From the NCBI GenBank assembly GCA_019057865.1, contig JAHLWP010000004.1:100045-164044 (forward strand): 64,000 bases of DNA, given 5' to 3'. The stretch is from Promethearchaeota archaeon. Its GTDB lineage: Archaea > Asgardarchaeota > Lokiarchaeia > Sigyniarchaeales > SOKP01. The notes under the pieces were generated by a model, which saw nothing but the letters and a program-made list of their open reading frames with translations, did no database searches and was not told the DNA's origin. How positions within the stretch are numbered: position 1 is the first letter of the stretch; every line of letters begins with the position of its first letter. Position numbers and translations under genes: made by a program. Positions 30,259-41,200 of this stretch are shown here, one piece after another.

Positions 30259-30324
30259 AACTTTTATTTATATTAATTTCAATTATAAATTCAATCTTTT
30301 AATTTAAAAATTAATAAAATTACG

Positions 30325-32214
30325 TTGACTGAAAAAGATCAAGAAAGGATTCCTCCAAAAAGATCTATAGGTTTACTAGCAGGTATCTTATATGGGATAG
30401 GTTGTGGAATTGGAGGGTCCATATTTATATTGTTAGGTAGTGCAATAGAAGATGCTGGACCTGGAGTACTTATTAGCTTGTTATTCGGAGGTATTTTGAT
30501 CTTTGTTACTGCTCTAAATTACAGTGAATTATCAACCAGTTTGCCTATTTCTGGAGGAGCTTACAATTTTAGCAAAGAAGCATTAGGAGGATTCCTAGCT
30601 TTTATCATTGGTTTTTTTCTGTGGATTGCAAATATTGCTACATTTTCATTTTCAGCTCAAGCTTTTGCAATTATTATTAAGGAATTTTTTAATTTACCCT
30701 TTAATACGCCTTTTATTCTTTTAATCGCAATTGCATCAATACTTTTTATCGCAATTGTAGTATTTAGAACTCAAAAATTAGCTTTAAGAGCCTTAATATC
30801 TCTAACAATAATTCAATTGGTCATTTTTGCGATATTTATTTTTATTGGTTTATTTATCGCACCGAATAGTAATTTACCAAGTTATAATCCAAGTTTTCTT
30901 AAATCAGATATGAATTTCTTTAATATAATTTTTGTTTTTGCTTTCACCTTTATTTTCTTTACAAGCATTACCTCAAACCTTGCATTTTTAAATGCAGATT
31001 TCAAAAATCCCTCAAAAACTATTCCTAAAGTAAATATTTTTGCAATTCTCATAACTTTAATTATATATTTATTAATAACTTTTACCGTATTAATTAATCT
31101 TGGAAATCAGGAATCAGAATTGGGTGAAACCTCTATATTATTAGCATTAATATTAGATGATATATTGAAATTTCCTGGATATTTGCTTATGGGGTTCGCT
31201 GCAATAATCTCGACATTAATTGCTATGAACGCTGCTTTAGGTTCAGCAATAGCAATCTTTCACGCTTTAGCAAGAGATCATTATGTATCACAAAAATTTT
31301 TAAAAGTAAATAAAAAAACAAATGTACCAACCTTTATTTTAATACTTACAATCTTTATAACAATTTCAATTACTATATTAGCTTTAATGTTTGCTAATAT
31401 AGGATTTACAGCAAACATTACAATTTTTATCTATTTTATAGGAATTGCCTTTGTGAATTATGCTGCGGTTAGCTTAAGGCGTAAGAGAAAAGAACTCGAT
31501 AGGCCTTTTAAAGCTCCATTTTTTCCTTACTTACCAATACTAGTAATGTCGTTTTGTATAATACTCGCTTTATTTTTAGATCTTAATGCAATTATTCTTG
31601 GTTTAATCATCTTTTTTATTGGAATAACATATTACTTACTAACTATCGCTGATCGACATTCTATAGTATTAACTTTAGCTGGATTAAAATTCTTTGTTAT
31701 CTTGATATTAGGAGTATTAATTTGGATCATTAATAACTTAAGTGTATTAAATTCACCAATCAATAGATTTGATGTTGCATTTCAATATATCTTAATGAGA
31801 ATCCTAATTTTTATATGCGTTTTTACTATTGTAACTATGATTTTAGATATTTTTCCTCTTAGAGAAATTGTCTATTACTTTGTGAGAAAAATTAATAAGA
31901 AAGAAGTAGCTATTGATATTGGAATTGGTCAGATAATCGATCTAAAGAAAAGTAAAGTGAAATTAATCTATAGTATTAATCTTATAATTGGTATCATTCA
32001 AATTATATCATCTATATTTGTTTTTACAATTGCTTCATTATTTATCACGGATATTATTTCTATAGATAGTGTTACCATTGGCAGTACTATCATACTTCAA
32101 ATAACTGCAGAATATATATTTACATCAATATTAGTATTATTTGGAATCATCCTTTTATTCAGTGGACCTTTATGGTTATATTTTAACCGAGAATTAAAAA
32201 CAATTGGAATTTAG
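30325..32214 (+). CDS. APC-family amino acid permease with extra C-terminal TM helices
   Basis: GIGGSIF, YSELSTSLP.SGGAY, KNPSKTIP, ALARD, RPFKAPFFP. Confidence 0.92.
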   Translation: MTEKDQERIPPKRSIGLLAGILYGIGCGIGGSIFILLGSAIEDAGPGVLISLLFGGILIFVTALNYSELSTSLPISGGAYNFSKEALGGFLAFIIGFFLWIANIATFSFSAQAFAIIIKEFFNLPFNTPFILLIAIASILFIAIVVFRTQKLALRALISLTIIQLVIFAIFIFIGLFIAPNSNLPSYNPSFLKSDMNFFNIIFVFAFTFIFFTSITSNLAFLNADFKNPSKTIPKVNIFAILITLIIYLLITFTVLINLGNQESELGETSILLALILDDILKFPGYLLMGFAAIISTLIAMNAALGSAIAIFHALARDHYVSQKFLKVNKKTNVPTFILILTIFITISITILALMFANIGFTANITIFIYFIGIAFVNYAAVSLRRKRKELDRPFKAPFFPYLPILVMSFCIILALFLDLNAIILGLIIFFIGITYYLLTIADRHSIVLTLAGLKFFVILILGVLIWIINNLSVLNSPINRFDVAFQYILMRILIFICVFTIVTMILDIFPLREIVYYFVRKINKKEVAIDIGIGQIIDLKKSKVKLIYSINLIIGIIQIISSIFVFTIASLFITDIISIDSVTIGSTIILQITAEYIFTSILVLFGIILLFSGPLWLYFNRELKTIGI

Positions 32215-32253
32215 ATATGATAAATCTCATCTCATATAAGCAAATAATATATT

Positions 32254-33009
32254 ATGCAATTCCCTAAGATCAATCTTCATGTTCATTCGAACTATTCTGA
32301 TGGAATAAATGACATCAAACAAATTGTAAAAAAAGCACTCAAGTTAGGATTAGATTATATAGCAATAACAGATCATTTCACTAATTCATGGAAAGCTGGG
32401 ATAATCCCTACATTAAACAGTATTGATAAAATCTCAGAGTATTTAGATGAAATATCTAATTATCAAAATTATTTGATAGAAAATAATAAAAATCTAGTAC
32501 TCTATAAAGGTATTGAGGTAGATATCTCAAGCTCTGAGAGATATATAAAAAAGTTTATTCAAATCGATCAATTTGATTTAGTTTTAATTGAATATCTTCA
32601 AACTCCTGAGTCGATTGCATTTACAAAGAATATCATTAGATATTGGAAAAACTCAATAACAAATGGAGATGATTTCCCTATTTTAGGTCTAGCTCACTTC
32701 GATCCATTTTACTTTCTTCATGGAAACCTTGAAATATTAATAGAATTCCTTAAGCGCTATAATTTATATTTCGAATTTAATTCGAGTTATCCTCAATGCT
32801 ATTCTTCTAGAAATACGCAATTTTTTGAAAAATTAAGAGAACATCAGATCCCTGTGGCAATTGGATGTGATTCTCATAATCTAGCGAATTTAAATGATAT
32901 TGAAGAACCAATTGAAATGATTAAATATTATAACCTTAAAAGAAACTATAAGATTTTAATAGACAAATTGGGTTTTAAAAATAGTAATATACCTCGATTC
33001 TCAATTTAA
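32254..33009 (+). CDS. PHP-domain phosphoesterase (HisJ-like)
   Basis: LHVHS..SDG, ITDH, GIEVD, LAH, GCDSH. Confidence 0.9.
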   Translation: MQFPKINLHVHSNYSDGINDIKQIVKKALKLGLDYIAITDHFTNSWKAGIIPTLNSIDKISEYLDEISNYQNYLIENNKNLVLYKGIEVDISSSERYIKKFIQIDQFDLVLIEYLQTPESIAFTKNIIRYWKNSITNGDDFPILGLAHFDPFYFLHGNLEILIEFLKRYNLYFEFNSSYPQCYSSRNTQFFEKLREHQIPVAIGCDSHNLANLNDIEEPIEMIKYYNLKRNYKILIDKLGFKNSNIPRFSI

Positions 33010-33552
33010 TTAAATGGAGCATTATGGGGTGTAAAGGATTATCATTCAATTTTAGAACAATTGTCGAATGAGTTAATTAAACCTAAAGATGAGAGAAACT
33101 TTGAAATCATTTCTAGTAGGGTCTTTCATCTTTCTTATGAATCACTATTAGCAGTTAATGGATGTTTTTCTATAGAATACGATTTTCAAGAAAACCTAAT
33201 TAACGATTTAGTTGATACTTCCAAACGACCCGCTCCCATATTCCTCAATATCTTTCCACATGCCGGAAAAATCTTCATACTATTTTCTTGGCTATCAGAA
33301 AATTGGGAGACATACCAGAGTATTGTATCAAAACTTGAGACTTTTACAATTCCCCAAATAGAAATCTTCTTTTCAAACTTGATAATTTGTCATTGTGAAA
33401 ACTTTTTTATTTCTCCTTCTAAATGCTCTCAAATGCCAAAAAGAATAAGAAGATTATTTGTATCACAATACATGAATACTTTAATGAACGATTTTGAATC
33501 TGATTATATCTCAAGAGGAGCAATAAATCTTTTTAAAATGTTTAGAAAATAA
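33010..33552 (+). pseudogene. 5'-truncated gene remnant, in frame directly after the PHP stop codon
   Basis: The frame is open from 33010 (LNGALWGVKDYHSILEQ...) before the TTG at 33061; EYDFQENLINDL...IFP...ILFSW...ENFFISP reads like the C-terminal half of a longer protein. Confidence 0.45.
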
Positions 33553-33703
33553 TTTGCTCTTTAAATAATTCCAATTGTTTTTTTTATGAATTCATTTCAT
33601 GGATTTTCTTTTTTATAAGATCAACAAATAGGGAAAAGTTTATACCTAAATACTTAAAATTAGTTATTCTTAATATAACCTAATATCTACGAACTAAAAT
33701 GAT

Positions 33704-35212
33704 ATGACATTTAAAAAAAGTATTGTGGTTATATTAATTATTATAATTTCACTAATCCTATTCGCAAGTGAACTAATGATTCATTTTATCAATTTTCTTA
33801 ATATTTATCCAATGGTATATTGGATCACCTATATCTCTGCTATCATTGGTGTTTTAACCGTTATTATTACTTTATTTTGGTATGGAAACGCGAGAATAAG
33901 GTTTTCATCACCAATCAAAAAGAAGACATTTTCTTCTGTTAAAATAATTCTCACGATAATTACAATTTTAGGAATCATTCAGATAATATTATCTCTATTC
34001 GCTCAAGAATTATTATATCAATTAACTTCTATATTATTTATCACATTATCAGTATTTTTTGGTTTTAGAACTTTTGTTAATTTATCTACTTCACTCTTGT
34101 TTCGTCCGAATATTAAGGAGTTTGGGACTATATCATCAGTTTCAATAATTATACCAGCCTATAATGAGGGTAAAGTGATTGAAAAAACAATAAGATCAGT
34201 TTTAGAACTGAGTTATAGTCAAAAAGAGATTATTGTTGTGGATGATGGCTCAACGGATGATACTTTAAAAATTGCAAAATTGATGGAAACTAATAATCCA
34301 ATTAGGGTCATTTCAAAAAGAAAAAATGGTGGAAAGTGGGGTGCACTAAATAAAGGGATAGAATCATCTAAATCAGATATTATAGTATGTATAGATGCTG
34401 ATACAGTTTTGGATAAGAACGCAATACAACCATTAGTCAATCATTTCATTGATAGTAAAGTTGGAGCAGTAGCAGGGAATATAAAAGTTGGAAATCGAGA
34501 TAAGTTACTTACAAAATTACAAGCTTTGGAATATATTTCTAATTTGAATATTCAAAGAAGAAGTGAGGCATTTTTTAGAAAAATAACAGTAGTTCCAGGT
34601 CCTTTAGGAGCTTTTAGAAAATCTATAATTAAAGAGGTGGGTTTCTATACTGGAGATACATTTGCAGAAGATGCAGACTTAACTTTAAAAATATTAAGAG
34701 CAGGATATAAAATAGAATACGAACCTAAATCAATCGGATATACAGAAGCTCCAATATCTCTTTTTGATTTAGCTAAACAAAGATATCGTTGGTATAGAGG
34801 ATTATTACAAGTAATAATTAAACATAAAGGCATGTTTTTTAATCCAAAATATGGAACTACAGGATTGTTTATTTTTCCATGGATATCTTTGAATGGATTA
34901 ATCTTTTCTTGGTTTAACTTTTTCGCAAGTGTGTGGATTTTTATACTTATATTTAATCCATTTTCTGGATTTCTTATATATATACACATTTATTTTTTCT
35001 GGTTTTTTTTCTTTCTGATAATAGAAATAGTTATCAGTATGTATGCGATATATGTGGATGTAAGGGAAAAGCCAAAAATTTTGTTTTATATAATCGCTTA
35101 TAAATTATTCTACAGATACATGATTAACACAATCAGAATTTTAAGTCAATTAGAGCAATATTTAAAATATCCTATGAAATGGGAGACTATTAAAAGAACA
35201 AGTGCTTTGTAA
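33704..35212 (+). CDS. Processive glycosyltransferase family 2 (PgaC/IcaA/cellulose synthase-like)
   Basis: IPAYNE, DDGSTD, DAD, AEDAD, QRYRW; TM helices at both ends. Confidence 0.93.
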   Translation: MTFKKSIVVILIIIISLILFASELMIHFINFLNIYPMVYWITYISAIIGVLTVIITLFWYGNARIRFSSPIKKKTFSSVKIILTIITILGIIQIILSLFAQELLYQLTSILFITLSVFFGFRTFVNLSTSLLFRPNIKEFGTISSVSIIIPAYNEGKVIEKTIRSVLELSYSQKEIIVVDDGSTDDTLKIAKLMETNNPIRVISKRKNGGKWGALNKGIESSKSDIIVCIDADTVLDKNAIQPLVNHFIDSKVGAVAGNIKVGNRDKLLTKLQALEYISNLNIQRRSEAFFRKITVVPGPLGAFRKSIIKEVGFYTGDTFAEDADLTLKILRAGYKIEYEPKSIGYTEAPISLFDLAKQRYRWYRGLLQVIIKHKGMFFNPKYGTTGLFIFPWISLNGLIFSWFNFFASVWIFILIFNPFSGFLIYIHIYFFWFFFFLIIEIVISMYAIYVDVREKPKILFYIIAYKLFYRYMINTIRILSQLEQYLKYPMKWETIKRTSAL

Positions 35213-35248
35213 AATCAATTATATCACAATAGGTTCTTTTCATGCTAA

Positions 35249-35677
35249 AATGAAGAGTTATATGACTATTACAATCCTCATGTTGATAAATTTAGGTACT
35301 TATATATTTCATGGGCAGACCAGAACGCTTGGGAAGAATGGCACACCATTGAAGCCCCTAACATAGATATCAGTTCACTTAACGTTGTCTTTGAATGGTA
35401 TGATGAGGTAGGAGAGGAATATCAATCCGTATCCTATCATCAATCTTCAGGAGAGTTTGAAACCAGAAATATTGCTGTAGAAATATTTTACCCCTATGAT
35501 AAAAATACTCAAACTGCAAATTTCACCTTATCACAAGATTATAGCAGCGCCCAAGACCTCGATATTTATAAGATCGAGGGTATATTTTTCAACGAAATTT
35601 CGCATGATTTTGATCTAAATGATGTAAATATATCGGAGACTCAGCAAGGAACTCAACGATCAATATTGGGCGATTGA
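35249..35677 (+). pseudogene. Start-less 142-codon open frame; fragment of an acidic, probably extracellular protein
   Basis: Hand translation NEELYDYYNPHVDKFRYLYISWADQNAWEEWHTIE...; preceded by TAA with no usable start. Confidence 0.5.
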
Positions 35678-35837
35678 GCGACCATTAAAGGCTTCAATTT
35701 TGTGTTGTCCCGTATGTGGTAAAGCCGATAAAGATATGACCTACAATCCCATGCGTAAGACATGGTACTGTACGGAATGTTATGAGAAATTGAAAAAAGG
35801 CAACATAGAACGAGGAACACCTGAAGAATTCCCTTGA
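35628..35837 (+). pseudogene. C-terminal fragment (or short TTG-start gene at 35700) of a small Zn-finger protein
   Basis: ...ILCCPVCGKADKDMTYNPMRKTWYCTECYEKL... Confidence 0.55.
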
Positions 35838-35939
35838 TGTATTTTAAAGAAAATTGTTCTTTTATATTTCTTCTTGCGTTATTACCACTAATAAGGAATT
35901 ATAACTCATTAAGAATTCGCTCTAAAACTTATACTATAA

Positions 35940-36185
35940 TTAATTCAAACCTTTATTAACATATCCTAAATAAAGCTTAAATGACTTTTCAAAAGCAACA
36001 TCGAGGAGTAATTCGCTTTCTTCTTTTGGATCATTCAACATACTCTTCAACTTTTTCTTAATAAGGCGTATTATCTCTTTAACAATATTTAGTTGTTTTC
36101 CAATAGGCATTGTTGATACTTCTGCAATAGTTTTATTATGTTTTATTTGCCATTCCCTCATTGAAAACCATAATATTACTTTCAT
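35940..36185 (-). CDS. Hypothetical protein; the frame is open about 55 codons further upstream (to ~36355), so a non-AUG start is possible
   Basis: Upstream in-frame codons YAINFNEESLKIAERDYQKIK... without a stop. Confidence 0.5.
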   Translation of the reverse strand: MKVILWFSMREWQIKHNKTIAEVSTMPIGKQLNIVKEIIRLIKKKLKSMLNDPKEESELLLDVAFEKSFKLYLGYVNKGLN

Positions 36186-36462
36186 AGCTAATTCTGAAAT
36201 GTTTATAAATTTGCAAAAAGAATTAGTCAGCTCTCGAATTATTATAGATTGTTCTTTTGTAAGTTTTATTTTTTGATAATCCCTTTCAGCAATTTTTAAA
36301 GATTCTTCATTAAAATTAATCGCATAGGTAATAATTAATCCCCTAACCTTAGTTCCTTTTTAATATTAATTTGGTTTAAAATTATTTAAACTTGTAGGTA
36401 TAATATTTTCCGTTATTGAATAAAATAAAACCTTATATAGATTAAAGTTTAATTTTGTAAAT

Positions 36463-37728
36463 ATGAATGGAAAAGAAAATCAATCTAAAACTAATAAATC
36501 CATTTCTTATTTTAGATATATGATTTTTATTTTAATATTTGTAGAAATACTCGATACCTATACTACGAATAATTTAAATGTAGTAGTTTCAGAAATCTCA
36601 TCAGAATTTTTCCCAGATTTATCTGAAAATGCGGCTATTTCATTTTATCAAATTTTTGTAGCCATAGCAACGGTAGGTATGTATTTTGTATTTTTAAACC
36701 AATATTTAGCTGATAAAGTGGGAAGGAAGTTTCTCTTAGTTTTTACGGTCTTTGGCATGGGGATTGGCTCCTTTTTTATAACATTCTCAACTAATATAAT
36801 ACTCTATACTGTCTTTTTGTTTTTATTATACTTTTTTTTCAATTCAGATATATGGGTAATTTATATTAATGAAGAAAGCCCTCATGATAAAAGAGCATTC
36901 TATACAAATTTTGTTTTAATTGGTGGAGTAGTTGGGGCTTTATTAATACCTGTATTTCATGATATTATTATAAATTGGAGAGGAATGACATATTTTGCTA
37001 TAATATTGGGAATTCCATTAAGCTTGATCATATTTTTTACTTTTCAAGAGACTTCAAAATATCTAGAGATAAAAAATGATAACTCTTTAGTAAAAGAAAA
37101 ACGCAGAATGTTAAAAGAAAATTTAGGCATTATTTTTAAATCTACTCGTAGAAAGGAATTTATTGTTATTTTAGTCATAAGTTTAATAATTGGATTGAAT
37201 AATCTTTTTATTTTAGTAGGAGAAGATTTTTTATCAGGGAGTTTTACTAAGGATGATGTTGATAGCATTGTATGGGTAATGGGAATTGCTTCAATAATAG
37301 GTTATTTTATAACAGCTATAAGTGCTGATAAGATTGGAAGAAAGCCTCTATGTTATATATATTCCATTATATTTCCAATTTCAATAATAGTAACTGTTCT
37401 TGGAATCAATTCTTCTGAAGGTGCTTTAACATTGGTTTCGATAGGGGCAGGTTTAGCTAATTTATCGTATTGGGGATTAAGAATTTTAATAAGTATCATG
37501 GCTTTAGAAATTATACCTACCAGATCTAGGGGAACTGGAGCTGGCTTAAAAGCCTTAATTGGTTCAGCTGGAATTACTGTTGGTTTGATCTTAAGTAGTA
37601 TAATAACATTAAATCAAGGATTAGCAGTATCTTTTATAATTTTTAGCTTGCTATATTTAGTAGTTTTTTTTCTCGTTCTCCTATTTTTAAAGGAGACCAA
37701 AGGTGTAAATTTAAGCGAAATTGAATAA
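36463..37728 (+). CDS. MFS transporter
   Basis: LADKVGRK and SADKIGRK motifs, EIIPTRSRGT, LKETKG; 12 TM. Confidence 0.93.
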   Translation: MNGKENQSKTNKSISYFRYMIFILIFVEILDTYTTNNLNVVVSEISSEFFPDLSENAAISFYQIFVAIATVGMYFVFLNQYLADKVGRKFLLVFTVFGMGIGSFFITFSTNIILYTVFLFLLYFFFNSDIWVIYINEESPHDKRAFYTNFVLIGGVVGALLIPVFHDIIINWRGMTYFAIILGIPLSLIIFFTFQETSKYLEIKNDNSLVKEKRRMLKENLGIIFKSTRRKEFIVILVISLIIGLNNLFILVGEDFLSGSFTKDDVDSIVWVMGIASIIGYFITAISADKIGRKPLCYIYSIIFPISIIVTVLGINSSEGALTLVSIGAGLANLSYWGLRILISIMALEIIPTRSRGTGAGLKALIGSAGITVGLILSSIITLNQGLAVSFIIFSLLYLVVFFLVLLFLKETKGVNLSEIE

Positions 37729-37763
37729 TTGTTAGGAAAATCTTTTTAAATTCTACTTTTTTT

Positions 37764-38051
37764 ATGATTTTTATGGATCTAGAAGAAAAAATTGATTTAG
37801 TAGCAAAGTGGATTGCTGAATCCGAAAGATTAATTGTATTCACTGGTGCCGGAATTTCAACCGCAAGTGGATTACCTGATTATAGAGGTCCTGAGGGTGT
37901 ATGGACTAGAAGAGATAAAGGTTTACCACCTCCTAAAAGCCCTCCTTGGGACCAAGTTAAACCTAATCTTAATCATTATGCTGTACAAGAACTATTAAAA
38001 ATGGGTAAACTAGATTATGTTATATCTCAGAATGTGGATGGGCTCTTTTAA
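37764..38051 (+). pseudogene. Sir2-family NAD-dependent deacylase (class IV, SIRT6/7-like), truncated after the QNVDGL motif
   Basis: TGAGISTASGLPDYRGPEGVWT and SQNVDGL, then F-stop where the family has H; catalytic HG and Zn-finger half missing. Confidence 0.88.
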
Positions 38052-38258
38052 GCCTCGTCTTTTAAACATTTTATAAACATTCTATGCAAGAAATAAGAAA
38101 TCCCTAAATATTTATTTCGATAAATTATAAAAGCTGAAATTTTAATTTTTAAATAGATGATTGTTGTAGTATTTTATTTTGATAATTATCTCTCTATCTC
38201 TTGAAATGGATTGATTTTTTACCTTTATAAAAAGCATGTCTATACATATTAATCACAG

Positions 38259-41200
38259 TTAATGATCATAGATATTTTTAAAATATTCTATATGAGTACT
38301 ATTTAGATGATCTATTAAGTCTCTTTCTCCCTCTGAAATTGAATAAATATCAAAAATTAAATTATCAATTTCTCGATAAATTGCTTTAGATTCATTATTT
38401 ATTTGACCATTATTTTCTTCTAAACGTAAAGTAAGATGATCTACATTCTCAGTGATTACATCTATTATTCCTTGATTTGCTTCTACGATGGGCAAATGTC
38501 TTATCATATACTGATTTAAGTTAATTGTAGTATCCTTTTGGTTATTGATAGCATACCAACAGTAAAACTGTATTAGACTTGAATTTAGAATAGCAGAAAG
38601 ATATTTTAACATTTTATTATCTTTGTGAAGTAATGAATAGATTGAGGATGTAAAACAAACAGGTTCCTCTGTATAGATAGTCTCTGGGACGATACTATTA
38701 TGTTTAATTAATAATTTTTTATTCATATAATATTCATAATTCTCTCCTTTTAATTCATCAGCAGAGATTTCCTCAAGATTAAAGGATTTATTCTTATCAA
38801 TGTAATTATATTTAAAATCGTTTTTGGCATCTATAAAATAGCATGTACCCTCAACATTCTCTTTTATAATTTTTCTAACTTCTGTGAGGCCAGTATCTTC
38901 TTCTCCACGGATCATTTTAGGAAAATCGACAGTATTTAAAAAATTTAAATCTGCTTTTTTTTCAATTTTTTTAATTAACTTGTAAATGGGTTCAGTTTGC
39001 TTTATCCTGATTCGATTTAAAACAGCTGTATCATTATTACATTCAGGGCATTTTATATATTCAGTATAATAATAAAAATCAGCATTTCCGTCATAATATT
39101 TGCAAGTTCTATTCTGACATATTCTTATATTATCGATTTCAAAAGGATTTTCTCCATCCTTATCTAAATCATATTCTATTATTGTCTCATTATCGAAAAG
39201 GTCTTTGATTTTCAATTTTCTAGAATAGCTCTTATTCCCATGAAAAAAGAGAATCTGAACTTCATTTGTAGGTCCTTGAAATTGATTTGAACCGATATCT
39301 GTTATCTCATATATCCCAACATTTTCTAATAAAAAATTCCGAACTGATAGATATTTTTGTCTTAATAAATATGATTTAGGTGTGAGAATTCCTGCATATT
39401 GGCAAGGTATTTCTTTTCGAGCTATTCTAAGTAAAAAATTTAAATATGCATCTTCCGTTATTTTATCACTTTCTTTGAGTATAAGCTTCTCTAATGGACT
39501 TAAAATATTGCCATAAGGTGGATTTGTGAGGATAATATCAAACCCTTTAGTAGTAAAAAAATCTGAAAATTCCATCGACCAATGAAAGGGATTAATTGTA
39601 CGTAAATCCTCTAAACCTATGAAATAGGTAATCTTTATATCTTTAATAGTATCCTTATCAATGAGATTAAGTAAATTCTTAAATAAAGTTTCAGGATCTT
39701 GGGCTTTAAACTTATCCTTCCTATCTGGAGAAAAGACTCTATTTGTAAATGAAATATAATTCTTTCTAAAAGTAATCCCTCTTATAACTTGACTTTTTTC
39801 ATCTTTTTTAAAACTATCCTTCTCTTCTTCAGTAATATCAAACTCTGTATCTTTTTTTGATCTTATTGTTATTGATTCTATATTGGTAAGATCAATATCA
39901 TTAAATTCTTGAGGTAAGATAGTGATTTCTCTTCCGGTAATATTCTTCTTTTGAAAATCTCCTAATAATAATTTGTCAAAATTATCTACGTATTTATTTG
40001 TGAGTTCTTTTATTTCAAGTCTTAAAGATTCTCTTTCTACCTGTGTCTCTTGTCCATAATATCTCCGTATCTTTTTATTTCTCTCAATAAGCATCTGTCT
40101 TAAGGAATCTTCCTTCTTCCCTGCCCATTCACTAAGGGGGGATAATCCGCTGATAATTTTTTTTCCTCTTTTTGTCACCACATCAACCTTTTTAATACTC
40201 TTAGTATATCCAAGTAAACTATTACCAACACGTATATTATATTCTATATTTGGTAATGGTTCAATCTCTAAACCGATTGTATCATACTGCGGTGGGGGTT
40301 GAACAATCCAAAGCCATAATCTTAATTCACATATCTCGACAGCAGAAGGATTAATATCTACTCCATATAGATTATTTTGAACAATAAATGATTTCAGATC
40401 AAATAAATCTTTAAATGGGCGTCTATCTCCCTCAATCTTTTCTTTGGATTTATAAGACAATTCAATTAAGTCAACATTTCTGATAAAGAAATTATAATAA
40501 TCTACCATTAAATTACCTATACTCACCAAAAAAGCACCAGAACCTATAGCCGGATCGCAAATTTTTACGTTCTTCAATAATTCTATTGAATATTCATATA
40601 TTTCAGATTTGTGTTCAAGAGAAAGCATTTTAAATTGAGTTACTGTTTCAAGCGTCCATACTAGTTTATTCTTAAATTTTTTATTGATATTATCAAGCAA
40701 ATATCTTTCTAATGTATTTTTTGCCATATAGCGAGTGATTAGAGATCTTGTATAATATGCTCCTGTCTCTTTACGATAGTCTCCAATCGATTTCTCAAAT
40801 ATATATCCTAATATACTTGGATTTATAGAATTATTTTTTTTACTCTGTTCTTCTCCTTCCTCTTTAAGGGTAAAATTATATGTTTTTAAGAATTGCCAAA
40901 TATCAATAATTGCATCAGAATTTAGAGAGATGGTTGGATTACTTTCTTCTATTTCTGAAACACGAAATAATCCTCCATTCAAATAAGGCAATTCTTTAAA
41001 CTTCTCCAAAACATCAATTCTTTCACCCTCATTGTTAAAAACATTAAAAAAAAGATCCATTAAACTTTTAAAATAATTTCTTGGCTCCTCATTATCGAGA
41101 ATTTCTTGAACAGGATCAAATCGTAATAATTTCCAATCCAACAGAATTTTTATGAACATCATCCTAAAAAATATTGTCCTATAATAATTTATTTTTTCTT

